Part shown: positions 9,982 through 21,318 of the stretch, piece by piece
How positions within the stretch are numbered: position 1 is the stretch's first letter
How the letters are laid out: each line of letters opens with the position of its first letter
Assembly (NCBI GenBank): GCA_963700145.1
Contig: OY969474.1
Span: forward strand, 4,160,001-4,224,000
Source: an uncultured Acidobacteriota bacterium
GTDB taxonomy: Bacteria; Acidobacteriota; Thermoanaerobaculia; Multivoradales; UBA5704
Reading direction: 5' to 3'
DNA length: 64,000 bases
Notes under the pieces: model-generated
The model's database searches: none
What the model was told of the DNA's origin: nothing
What the model saw: the letters and a program-made list of their open reading frames with translations, nothing else
Position numbers and translations under genes: made by a program

Positions 9982-10533
9982 GTGTCGATCGAGCGCCGTC
10001 CAGCCCACCTCGTCGCCGCCCTGCTCGCCGGGCTCGCCAGCCTCGCGCTCCTGGCCGCGCCGGGCGCCGCGCGGCAGGCGCCCGCGCCGCCGGGCGCCAC
10101 CCCGGCCGAGCGCGCGCGCGAGCAAACGCAGCCGACGCCGACCGAGGGCATCCAGCAGATCCTCGAAGAGGAGGAGGACGTGCTGTCGGGCGAGGGCTAC
10201 ACCTACGATCCCGGCAACCGCCGCGACCCCTTCAAGTCGCTGCTCGCCGGGCCGGAGCGCACCCAGTTCAAGGGCCCGCGGCCGGAGGGGATCCCCGGCC
10301 TGCTGATCGACGAGATCGACCTGACCGGCATCTTCCGCACCGGCCGCGGCTACGCGGCGCAGGTCAAGGCCGCCAACCAGGCCAAGAGCTACCTGATCAA
10401 GGAAGGGGACCGGCTCTACGACGGAGAGGTCCTCAGCATCAGCGGCGACGCAGTGGTCTTCAAGCAGACCGTCCAGGACCCCACTGCGCTCAAACCGTTC
10501 CGCGAGGTGACCAAGAAGCTGAACCCGGCGTAA
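9982..10533 (+). CDS. pilP: PilP-like pilus assembly protein
   Basis: YDPGNRRDPF motif, LTGI, YLIKEGD; lies between pilO and pilQ. Start GTG 9982 (or 9970); it is the C-terminal part of ORF 7909..10533. Confidence 0.82.
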   Translation: MSIERRPAHLVAALLAGLASLALLAAPGAARQAPAPPGATPAERAREQTQPTPTEGIQQILEEEEDVLSGEGYTYDPGNRRDPFKSLLAGPERTQFKGPRPEGIPGLLIDEIDLTGIFRTGRGYAAQVKAANQAKSYLIKEGDRLYDGEVLSISGDAVVFKQTVQDPTALKPFREVTKKLNPA

Positions 10534-10566
10534 CGGGAAGCGAGCCCCGAAAGGGAGGCGAGTGCC

Positions 10567-13173
10567 ATGGGGAATGTCGTCACACCCGAATGCGGCGCCG
10601 AGCGGCGGCGGCGGACCTGCGTCCTCTGGGGCGCCGGGCTGGCCATCGCGCTGGCCGTCGGCTGCGCCTCCGGCAAGCCGGTGCGGGTCGCCGAGGCGCC
10701 GGCCGCGGGCACGGCGGAAGCCGCGGCCGAGACCGGCGCGCCGCCGGCCGGCGGCGAGACCGCCCCGATCACCATCCGCTCGCTCGACCTCGCCGAGGGC
10801 GCGCCCGAGGCGTTCTTGAACCTGGAGGCCAGCGGGCCCGTGGTCTGGACCAGCTACCGCGACCCCGAGGGGCGCGTCGTGCTCGAGCTGCCCAACGCCG
10901 TCCCCGCCGCCGGCCTCGCCGACCTCTCGCCCGTGGAGGGGCTGGTCCAGGGCGTCGCGATCGAGCGCGGCCAGGAGGGGAACCGGCCGCTGACCCGGCT
11001 GGTCGTGGCCACCCGCCAGCAGGTCGAGCACGGCGTCACCGCCGACGGCCCGCGCCTGCAGCTGCGCCTGATGCCGGTCGAGGAGGAGACGGTCGCCGCG
11101 GTGCCGCCGCCGTCCGCCCCGCCGGTCGAGCCCGCCGCGCCGGTTATCACCTACGAGCCGGTAACGGAGGAGAGCGAGACCGCCGAGAGTACGGCCCCGG
11201 AGACCGCCGCCGCGCCGACCGCCGACGAGGTGGCTGCCGCGATGGCGGCCGAGCCCGGGCTCCCCGGCACGGCCGATTCCCCCACCGTCGCCCCCGAGCC
11301 GCGCGGCGCGGCGGCGACGCGCCTCGAGGCCATCGAGGCCCTGAGCGCCGGCGACGGCGACACCGTGGTGCGGCTCTCGGGGGACGGCGAGTTCCCCTAC
11401 TCGACCTTCCTGATCGACGAGCCGACCCGCTTCGTCATCGACCTTGCGGGCGTGATCAACCGCAGCTCCCGCAGCACTCTCCCGCTCTCCGGCGGGCCGG
11501 TCGAGCGCGTGCGCGTGGCGCAGTTCAAGCCCTTGCCGCGGCCGGTGTCGCGCGTGGTCTTCGACCTGGCGACCCGTTTGGTGCCGCGCATCGAGCGCAC
11601 CAGCGACGCGCTGCTCGTGCGCTTCGGCACGCCGGCCGCGATCCCGCTGGCGCGCCCCGCCATGCCGGCGCCGCCGCCGTCCGCCTTCCCGGCCGAGGCG
11701 CCGCCCGAGCGCCCGGCGCCCTTCCAGACCGCCGCGGCCCAGGCGCCGCAGGTCGAGATCGAGGAGGAGGACACCCCGCCCGAGACGATCCGTCCGACGG
11801 CGCCGCCGCCGCCGCGGGGCCCCTCCCAGGTCGAGGTCACCCGCCGCCCCGAGGCGATCGAGCCGCCGGTGGCGTCCGAGCCCGGCCTGGTCACCGCCCG
11901 CCCGCCGGCCGAGACCTTCTCAGCGCAGGCGGTGGGGGAGACCGAGCGGGTCTACTCCGGCGAGCCGATCGACCTCAAGGTGACCAACGCCGAGGTCAAT
12001 GACGTGCTGCGCACCTTCGCCCAGCTCTCGGGGCTCAACATCATCGTCCAGCCCGGGGTGGCCGGCACGGTCACCGCCGAGATGGAGAACGTCCCCTGGG
12101 ACCAGGCGCTGGAGCAGATCCTGCGCATCAACGGCCTGGGCTACGAGGTCGAGGGCAACGTCATGCGCATCGCACCGGTGGCGGTGCTGCGCCAGGAGGC
12201 GCGCGACCGCCAGGACCTGGCGCAGGCCCGCGCCCTGGCGATCCCGCTGCGCACGGTCATCAAGCGCCTCTCCTACGCCGACGCCCAGGCGGTCGCCGCC
12301 GTGCTGCGCTCCGGCGCCGCCGGCGGCCTGCTGTCGCAGCGCGGCAACGTCATCGTCGACCTGCGCACCAACACCCTGATCATCAAGGAGCTCCCCGCCT
12401 TTCTCGACACGGTGCTCAAGGTGATCGAGAACCTCGACATCCCCGAGCCGCAGGTGATGATCGAGGCGCGGATCGTCGAGACCACCAAGAGCTTCACCCG
12501 CTCGCTGGGGATCGACTGGGGCTTCGACGGCGTGGCCTCGGCCGCCACCGGCAACACCACCGGCCTGGTCTTCCCCAACAACGTCGCGGTCGGCGGCGAC
12601 GTCAACCTCGGCGCCGGCGGCTCCAGCGGTCTGCTCAACGTCCGGTTGGGGAACATCCTCAACACCTTCACCCTCGACGCGGTGCTCGACGCCGCCGAGA
12701 ACGAGGGGCTGATCAACATCCTCTCGGCACCCAAGGTGGCGACCCTCAACAACCAGGCGGCCTCGATCCAGAGCGGCCTGCAGATCCCCATCCAGACCAT
12801 CGCCAACAACACCGTCACCGTGCAGTTCGTCAACGCCACCCTGTCGCTGGACGTCACCCCGCACGTCACCGCCGAGGGGACGATCCTGATGGACATCGAC
12901 ATCCGCAAGCGCGAGCCGCAGCTCGGCCTGGTGGTGCCGGGGGCGACCAACGCCCCGATCTCCACCAAGGAAGCGAGCACCCGGGTCATCGTGCGCGACG
13001 GCGGCACGACGGTCATCGGCGGCATCTACAAGCTCACCTCCGACGAGGGGGAAGACCGCATCCCCGGCCTCGCCAACATCCCGATCCTGGGGTACCTCTT
13101 CCGCAACCGGACGCGGCGTGACGAGAACGAAGAGCTGCTCATCTTCATCACCCCGCGGGTGATGAAGCTCTAA
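10567..13173 (+). CDS. pilQ: Type IV pilus secretin PilQ (lipobox, two AMIN-like domains, Pro-rich linkers, secretin domain)
   Basis: LAVGC lipobox; RVVLELPN and RFVIDL AMIN-like segments; VPWDQAL, DLRTNTLII, QVMIEARIVE, LSAPKV, VTPHVT, ELLIFITP. Confidence 0.95.
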   Translation: MGNVVTPECGAERRRRTCVLWGAGLAIALAVGCASGKPVRVAEAPAAGTAEAAAETGAPPAGGETAPITIRSLDLAEGAPEAFLNLEASGPVVWTSYRDPEGRVVLELPNAVPAAGLADLSPVEGLVQGVAIERGQEGNRPLTRLVVATRQQVEHGVTADGPRLQLRLMPVEEETVAAVPPPSAPPVEPAAPVITYEPVTEESETAESTAPETAAAPTADEVAAAMAAEPGLPGTADSPTVAPEPRGAAATRLEAIEALSAGDGDTVVRLSGDGEFPYSTFLIDEPTRFVIDLAGVINRSSRSTLPLSGGPVERVRVAQFKPLPRPVSRVVFDLATRLVPRIERTSDALLVRFGTPAAIPLARPAMPAPPPSAFPAEAPPERPAPFQTAAAQAPQVEIEEEDTPPETIRPTAPPPPRGPSQVEVTRRPEAIEPPVASEPGLVTARPPAETFSAQAVGETERVYSGEPIDLKVTNAEVNDVLRTFAQLSGLNIIVQPGVAGTVTAEMENVPWDQALEQILRINGLGYEVEGNVMRIAPVAVLRQEARDRQDLAQARALAIPLRTVIKRLSYADAQAVAAVLRSGAAGGLLSQRGNVIVDLRTNTLIIKELPAFLDTVLKVIENLDIPEPQVMIEARIVETTKSFTRSLGIDWGFDGVASAATGNTTGLVFPNNVAVGGDVNLGAGGSSGLLNVRLGNILNTFTLDAVLDAAENEGLINILSAPKVATLNNQAASIQSGLQIPIQTIANNTVTVQFVNATLSLDVTPHVTAEGTILMDIDIRKREPQLGLVVPGATNAPISTKEASTRVIVRDGGTTVIGGIYKLTSDEGEDRIPGLANIPILGYLFRNRTRRDENEELLIFITPRVMKL

Positions 13174-13187
13174 CCTGGAGTACGCCG

Positions 13188-13727
13188 ATGAACTCGCGCC
13201 GGAACCTCACGCTCCTTCTGCTCCTGCCGCTGGCCATCCTCGCGGCCTGCCGGTCGCGGACCGACCGCAGCGAGGGGACCGTGCTCCTCTCGGTCTCGGA
13301 CTTCGACGGCCTGCCGGTCGTCGTCTCGGCCTCCGCCGGCCCCTTCTCGGTCGAAGAGATCGAGCTGCGCAACGTGGCCAAGGACCCGACGGGGGTCACC
13401 GGTGACCTGCAGGACATCGAGATCCGCTCCTACGAGGTCCGCTTCTCCCGCCTCGACACCGGCACGCGCGTGCCGCCGCCGCTGGTCGAGGCGGTCTTCG
13501 GGATCGTGCCGGTCAACGGCACCACGCTCTACGAGAACCTTCCTTTCCTGCGCGCCAACCAGCTCGCCAACCCGCCGCTGTCGGACCTCGCCGATTTCGG
13601 CCGCGACCGCGAGACCAACTCGACCGTCATCCCCTTGAACGTCACCATGCGCTTCTTCGGCCGCACCCTGTCGGGCGACGACATCGCCTCGGCGCCGGCG
13701 TCTTTCACGATCGAGGTCGTCCCCTGA
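13188..13727 (+). CDS. Hypothetical lipoprotein directly after pilQ
   Basis: Lipobox LAAC, beta-rich, SD GGAG, host-like codon usage. Confidence 0.8.
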   Translation: MNSRRNLTLLLLLPLAILAACRSRTDRSEGTVLLSVSDFDGLPVVVSASAGPFSVEEIELRNVAKDPTGVTGDLQDIEIRSYEVRFSRLDTGTRVPPPLVEAVFGIVPVNGTTLYENLPFLRANQLANPPLSDLADFGRDRETNSTVIPLNVTMRFFGRTLSGDDIASAPASFTIEVVP

Positions 13728-13749
13728 GGGCGGCCCAGGAGTACCGAGC

Positions 13750-15579
13750 ATGAACCGCTCCCGCTTCGCACGCTCCCTGGCCCTGACCGCGGTCCTGCTG
13801 GCCGCCTGGGGCTGCACGTCGGACTCGCCGACGGAGCCGACGCAGCCGCCCACGAACCCGATCCCGCCGGCGCCGGTGACGCAGCTCAACGTCACCGTCA
13901 CCGCCAATCCGCCGCAGGTGACCGCCGGCGGCTCGGAGGGGAGCGCGGTGACCGTGCGGGTGGTGCGCAGCGACACCGGCCAGCCGCCGCCGGACCTCAC
14001 CGAGGTCGTCCTCACCACCACCCTGGGCAGCTTCAACAGCGTCGGCTCGGGCGTGCAGAGCGTCACCCTGCAGCTCATCGGCGGGCAGGCGCAGGCGTTC
14101 CTCTTCCCCGGCGCCGACGTCGGGACGGCGACCGTCCAGGCGCGGGTGGGGTCCAGCGTCGGGGCCACCAACGTGCGCATCGAGGGGGCGGCCACCTTCT
14201 TCGTCGCCAGCCTCAGCCCCGGGGTCGGGAACCCGGCCGGCGGCGAGGAAGTGATCATCCGCGGCGGCGGCTTCGACGGTCCGGTGCGGGTCACCTTCGG
14301 CGGCGCCACCGCCCAGGTGCTCTCGGTCTCGCCGACCCAGATCCGCGTCCGCACCCCCTCCGCCGCCGCCGCCGGGGTCAACCCCGGGGTCGGCGAGTCG
14401 GCGCAGGTGGACGTGGCGGTGACGATCAACCTCAACGAGGCCGGGCAGGCCACCGACACGCTCGCGCGCGGCTTCGCTTTCGCCCTCGGCGGCGGCCCGA
14501 TCCTGCAGCCGCAGGTCTTCTCCGCCAACCCCGCTTCCGGCACCAACGACGGCGGCACGCGGGTGACCCTGCTGGGGACCGGATTCCAGGCGCCGGTGCA
14601 GGTCTTCTTCGGCCAGGGCACCTCCGCCGACAGCTTCAGCGGCGTCGAGGCGACGGTCGAGTCGGTGACCCCGAGCCAGATCGTCGTCATCACGCCGCCG
14701 GCGCGCGGCTTCGGCCAGGACAACGTCAACCAGAACGTGGACATCCTGGTCAAGAACGTCCAGACCGGCTTCTCCACCATCCGCCCCGACGCCTTCCGCT
14801 ACGGCAGCCGGGTGCTGATCACCGCCATGGGCCCGGGCGTCGGCCCGGCCACCGGCGGCACCATCGTCACCATCTCCGGCCAGGGGTTCGACGAGCCGGT
14901 GGCGGTCTCGATCGGCGACATCGGCCAGCAGATCATCTCGGTGACCGGCACCGAGATCGTCCTCCGCACCGTCGGCGTCCTGGTCACCGAGTGCCCGGCC
15001 AGCGGCTTCATCGAGGCGCGCGGAGTGAGAGTCGTCAACATCGAGACCGGCGACTTCGACGACGAGGACGAGCTCGTCTTCCAGTACACCGTGCCGCGGC
15101 CGGTGATCTTCGGCATCAGCCCGATCTCCGGCACCGTCGGCACCCTCGCCACGATCACCGGCTCGGGCTTCGCCGCCAACGTGCAGGTCCTCTTCGGCGG
15201 CGCCAGCGGCAGCGCCGCCCAGATCCTCTCCAACTCGGCGACCTCGATCGGCATCCGGGTGCCGACGCCCCCGGCGGACTTCACCTTCGCCACCGAGCCG
15301 TGCGACGGCAACGGCGACGGCATCGCCGGCGGCACCCGCAACATCCCGACGCCGATCACCATCGTGGTGCGCAACCTCGACAACGCGCAGTGCATCGCGA
15401 CCCTGACCAACGGCTTCACCCTGACGCCGCAGAACACCACCTGCACCGGCGACACCTCGACGCCGCCGCCGCCGCCGGTGACGCAGTGCACGGATAACTT
15501 CGACAACGACGGCGACACCTTCGTCGACGAGCTCGACCCGCAGTGCAGCGGGCCCTCGGACAACAGCGAGTCGAGCTAG
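13750..15579 (+). CDS. Lipoprotein with an Ig-like domain, about four IPT/TIG repeats and a C-terminal Cys/Asp-rich motif
   Basis: AWGC lipobox; repeated P..G...GG..VTI.G.GF...V.FG units; terminal QCTDNFDNDGDTFVDELDPQC. Confidence 0.85.
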   Translation: MNRSRFARSLALTAVLLAAWGCTSDSPTEPTQPPTNPIPPAPVTQLNVTVTANPPQVTAGGSEGSAVTVRVVRSDTGQPPPDLTEVVLTTTLGSFNSVGSGVQSVTLQLIGGQAQAFLFPGADVGTATVQARVGSSVGATNVRIEGAATFFVASLSPGVGNPAGGEEVIIRGGGFDGPVRVTFGGATAQVLSVSPTQIRVRTPSAAAAGVNPGVGESAQVDVAVTINLNEAGQATDTLARGFAFALGGGPILQPQVFSANPASGTNDGGTRVTLLGTGFQAPVQVFFGQGTSADSFSGVEATVESVTPSQIVVITPPARGFGQDNVNQNVDILVKNVQTGFSTIRPDAFRYGSRVLITAMGPGVGPATGGTIVTISGQGFDEPVAVSIGDIGQQIISVTGTEIVLRTVGVLVTECPASGFIEARGVRVVNIETGDFDDEDELVFQYTVPRPVIFGISPISGTVGTLATITGSGFAANVQVLFGGASGSAAQILSNSATSIGIRVPTPPADFTFATEPCDGNGDGIAGGTRNIPTPITIVVRNLDNAQCIATLTNGFTLTPQNTTCTGDTSTPPPPPVTQCTDNFDNDGDTFVDELDPQCSGPSDNSESS

Positions 15580-15716
15580 GAGACCGGCGCCGGAGAAAAC
15601 AGGCTCTCCGTGGCGTTCCTGTAGCTCATCCAGATCCCGGGGGCGGTGGCCGCGAGGCGCCGCCCCCAAGTTGTCCCTGGACGGCCCGGCGACCCGGTCC
15701 GTATACTCGCCAGACC

Positions 15717-16751
15717 ATGAAGTCCCTGAAGTTCCGCACCCCGCTCCTCGCCCTTTCGGCCCTCGTGCTGCTCGCCGCGGCGGGGTGCGACAAGGCCTCG
15801 CCGGTGGCCCCCCAGGGGTCCTTCCTGACGATCAGCGCCAGCCCGACCAAGGTCGGCTTGACCGGCGCCTCGACGATCACCGTCGAGGGGCGGAAGCCCA
15901 CCGGCGGGGCGCTCAACGACGGCACCGAGGTCCGCTTCGTCGCCGACAAGGGGACGGTGACCCCGGCGGTGGCGGAGTTCCGGGACGGCCGGGCCACCGC
16001 CACCTTCCGCGCCGACGGGCGCCCCGGGATCGCCAAGGTGAGCGCCATCACCGGCACCAGCGGCGGCGGGGGTACCGCCACGACCGCCGCCCCGTCCTCC
16101 GGCAGCACCAGCGTGACGATCGACATCCAGGTCGGGGAGACCCCGGAGACCAAGCCGACGGTTTTGGTGAGCGCGAACCCCAACACCATCACCACCGGCG
16201 CCACCTCCACGATCACGGTGATCGGCCGCAACGCCGACGGGTCGCCGGTGCCGGCCGGCCAGAAGGTGACTCTCACTACCACGCTGGGGACTCTGGACAA
16301 CCCCCAACCGTCTACGGACGACCAGGGTACCGCCCGAGCGGTGCTCACCGCCGGAACTCAGGCGGGAACGGCCACGGTCACGGCATTCATCGGGGCGAGC
16401 GACGCGAAGAGCACGGACGTGACGATTCGCGACGTCGCGGCGAGGGTGCTCCTCAGCGCGAACCCCACCTCGGTTTCCAAAAGCGCCGCGGAGTCCACGG
16501 TCACGATCACGGCCTTGGTGAGCAACGCCCAGGGCGAGGGAGTCCCAAACGTCGCGGTGACGTTCACTGCGGACACTGGCGAGTTCAGTCCCGGTTCCTT
16601 GAAGCTGACGAACACCTCGGGGATCGCGACCGTGGATTTGACGCTGACTCAGCAGAACGTGGAAGGGGAGGATTCCGTCAGGGTGACCGCCAGCGCTCCC
16701 GGAGCCGGCGGTGAGCCAGTCTCAGGGTCGGTCGTAATCGACGTGGAGTGA
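15717..16751 (+). CDS. Invasin/intimin-type (Big-1-like) Ig-domain lipoprotein
   Basis: AAGC lipobox after MKSLKFR; three SA(S/N)P...TITV...G units; TDDQGTARAVL and TNTSGIATV motifs. Confidence 0.82.
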   Translation: MKSLKFRTPLLALSALVLLAAAGCDKASPVAPQGSFLTISASPTKVGLTGASTITVEGRKPTGGALNDGTEVRFVADKGTVTPAVAEFRDGRATATFRADGRPGIAKVSAITGTSGGGGTATTAAPSSGSTSVTIDIQVGETPETKPTVLVSANPNTITTGATSTITVIGRNADGSPVPAGQKVTLTTTLGTLDNPQPSTDDQGTARAVLTAGTQAGTATVTAFIGASDAKSTDVTIRDVAARVLLSANPTSVSKSAAESTVTITALVSNAQGEGVPNVAVTFTADTGEFSPGSLKLTNTSGIATVDLTLTQQNVEGEDSVRVTASAPGAGGEPVSGSVVIDVE

Positions 16752-16862
16752 GCCCTGGCGCGGCGGCTGCCCCGGACCTCCCGCCACGTCTCCTTCTTCG
16801 CCGCAAACCTCGACGGCTGAGGCGCATACGGGCGCACTACCGCCTGCTATACTCGCCGCACT

Positions 16863-17870
16863 TTGCCGCCCAGCCCGCCTCCGGACCGCCTCGACCAGCT
16901 GCGCGACCGCTGGCGTGCCGAGCCCTCTTCGCGGGGCTTTCTGCAGATCGCCGAGGAGTACCGCCGGGACGGCCGCCTGGCCGACGCCCTGGGGCTCCTC
17001 GACGAGGGGCTGCGGCAGCAGCCCGGCTACCTGGCGGCCCTGGTCGCCAAGGGGCGCTGCCTCCTCGAGCTGGGGCAGCCGGCGGCGGCGCGCGAGGCGC
17101 TCGAGCGGGTGGTCGGCCAGGACCCCACGCAGGCGGTGGCCACCAAGCTCCTGGTGCGGGCCCACCTCGCCGCCGGCGAGGCGCGCCAGGCGCGTGAGCG
17201 GCTCGAGCGCTACGGCCTGCTGCACGGCGGCGATCCCGAGGCGCAGGAGCTGGAGGCGCGGATCGCGGCGCTCGAGCGGCCGGGCCCGGCGCCCGCGCCG
17301 CCGGCGACGCGGCGCGGCGGCGACGTCTTCGACCTCACGCCGCGGCCCCTACCGCCCCCGGAGCTGCTGTTTCCGGGTGAAGAGGGCGAAGAGAAGGCCG
17401 CGGAGGCTCCTCCTGTCCCCGAGCCGGCCGCCGCCGTGCAGGCGGCGGCCACCGCGGCCGAGCCGGAGGCCGAGCCAGAGGCGGAGCCGGAGCCGGTGGA
17501 GAGCCCGAACGGCGATCCCTTCCCCGGCCTCGACACGCCCGAGAGCCGCCGCCGCTATCTGGAGGCCCTGACCGCCGAAGGGATCTTCTTCCTCGACCTG
17601 CCCGCGGCGCCGCCCGTCGAGGCGCCGCCGGCCGTCGCGCCGGCCGCCACGGTCACCCTGGGCCAGCTCTACCTCGAGCAGGGGCACGCGGCCGAGGCGC
17701 AGGAGATCTTCACCGAGGTGCTCCGCCGCGAGCCGGACAACCGGGCCGCCCAGGAGGCCCTCGCGGGAGTGGAGAAAGGCGCCGGCGACACCCTCGCCGC
17801 GCGCCGGGCCTTCGCCCTGACCCGCTATCTCGAGCGCCTGCGGCGGGGGAGCGCGCGGCATGTTCCTTGA
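16863..17870 (+). CDS. TPR protein with Pro/Glu-rich linker
   Basis: PSSRGFLQIAEEYRR N-terminal TPRs and a C-terminal TVTLGQLYLEQG TPR. Confidence 0.8.
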   Translation: MPPSPPPDRLDQLRDRWRAEPSSRGFLQIAEEYRRDGRLADALGLLDEGLRQQPGYLAALVAKGRCLLELGQPAAAREALERVVGQDPTQAVATKLLVRAHLAAGEARQARERLERYGLLHGGDPEAQELEARIAALERPGPAPAPPATRRGGDVFDLTPRPLPPPELLFPGEEGEEKAAEAPPVPEPAAAVQAAATAAEPEAEPEAEPEPVESPNGDPFPGLDTPESRRRYLEALTAEGIFFLDLPAAPPVEAPPAVAPAATVTLGQLYLEQGHAAEAQEIFTEVLRREPDNRAAQEALAGVEKGAGDTLAARRAFALTRYLERLRRGSARHVP

Positions 17871-18216
17871 GCGCCTGTCGCGCATCGCCGACCGCATCGA
17901 AGGCACGCTGGCGCTCGGCCTGGTGGCGCGCGACGGCATCTCGATCGAGGCGGTCAACTACAGCGCCGACCTCGACCTCGACGTGCTCGCCGCCGAGATG
18001 GTGGCGCAGGTGCGCTCGATCGCCGACGACCACCGCGAGCTGGCGGTGGGGGAGCTGCAGCAGTTCGCCGTCACCACGGACCGGCTGACCCTGATGGTAA
18101 GCTCGCTCGCCGGCGGCTACTATCTGCTGCTGGTGCTCGGCCCCGAGGGGAACTACGGCCGGGCCCGCTTCGAGCTGCGGAGAGCGCGCCTGCTCCTCGA
18201 CGAAGACCTCGCCTAG
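17860..18216 (+). CDS. Roadblock/LC7 (MglB/MglC-like) protein
   Basis: LVARDGISI, 118 aa, [11 protein letters not shown]-terminus. Confidence 0.82.
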   Translation: MFLERLSRIADRIEGTLALGLVARDGISIEAVNYSADLDLDVLAAEMVAQVRSIADDHRELAVGELQQFAVTTDRLTLMVSSLAGGYYLLLVLGPEGNYGRARFELRRARLLLDEDLA

Positions 18217-18256
18217 CCAGCCGTTTGCCGTTTGCCGCATCGACCGGGAGGGAGCG

Positions 18257-18754
<498 letters not shown>

Positions 18755-18769
18755 GAAGGGGGTTTTCCC

Positions 18770-20127
<1,358 letters not shown>

Positions 20128-20131
<4 letters not shown>

Positions 20132-20793
20132 CCCCTGGGGCCGGTTGGACACGGCGCGAAAGCTTTCGCGCCTTGGCCGGCCCGATCTACGCCATCGCCG
20201 ACGCCGAGGCCCTGGCCCCCACGCCGCCGCCCGAGGCGGTGCGGGCGATGGCCGAGGCCGGCGTGCGCTGGATCCAGCTCCGCGCCAAGCGGGCGAGCGG
20301 GGCGGAGCTCTACCGGCTGGCGGAGGAGTGCCTCGCCGCCCTGGAGGGCACCGGCGCGGCGCTCTGGATCGACGACCGGGCCGACCTCGCTGCCCTTTTC
20401 CCCTTCGCCGGCGTCCACCTCGGCCAGACCGACCTCCCCGCCGCCGCCGCCCGCAAGGTGGTGGGCGAGGGCCCCTGGATCGGCCTCTCGACGCACGACG
20501 GCGCGCAGCTCGCGGCCGCCGACGACGACGCTGCGATTGACGTGGTGGCGGTGGGGCCGGTCTTCCCGACCCGAGGCAAGGAGCGCCCCGACCCGGACGT
20601 CGGCCTCCCCTTCCTGGCCGCGGCGCGGGCACGCACGGCGAAGCCCCTGGTGGCGATCGGCGGCATCGACGCCGGTAACGTCGCGCGGGTCCTGGCCGCC
20701 GGAGTGGACACGGCGGCGGTCCTCTCCGCGGTCTGCCGCGGCGACGTGGCCGCCAACTGCCGGCGCCTGCTGGCCGCGGCCGCGGCCGGCTGA
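20128..20793 (+). CDS. thiE: Thiamine-phosphate synthase
   Basis: [38 protein letters not shown]; ATGA overlap with accC. Confidence 0.9.
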
Positions 20794-20802
20794 GGCGCCG
20801 CC

Positions 20803-21318
20803 GTGCGGCTCTTCCTCACCGGTTTCATGGGGGCCGGCAAGACGACGGTCGGCCGCCACCTGGCGGCGCGGCTGGGGCGGGAGTTCGTGGACCTCGACGA
20901 GGAGGTGGAGCGGCGGGCCGGGATGAGCGTGCGCCGGATCTTCGAGATGCTGGGCGAGCCGGAGTTCCGGCGCCTGGAGGCGGAGGAGCTGCAGCGGGCG
21001 GCGACGCGCGACGAGGTCGTCGTCGCCACCGGCGGCGGCACCGTCTGCTTCCCGGCCAACGCCCGCCTCCTCCGCGCCCGGGGGATCACCGTCTGGCTCA
21101 ACCCGAGCTTCGCCACCCTGGCCGCCCGCATCGGCGCCGGCAGCAAGGAGGACCGGCCGCTCTTCCGCGACGAGACCCAGGCGCTCGCCCTCTACCGCCA
21201 GCGCCTGCCGGCCTACCGCGCCGCCGCGGACCTGGAGGTCGAGGTGGGGCCGGCGGAAGCGGCCGAGGAGGTGGCGGCGCGGATCGTGCTGCGGCTCGGA
21301 GCCCGATGCGCTACCTGA
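20803..21318 (+). CDS. aroK: Shikimate kinase
   Basis: GFMGAGKTT, DLD, GEPEFRRLE, ATGGG, RPL. Confidence 0.94.
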   Translation: MRLFLTGFMGAGKTTVGRHLAARLGREFVDLDEEVERRAGMSVRRIFEMLGEPEFRRLEAEELQRAATRDEVVVATGGGTVCFPANARLLRARGITVWLNPSFATLAARIGAGSKEDRPLFRDETQALALYRQRLPAYRAAADLEVEVGPAEAAEEVAARIVLRLGARCAT

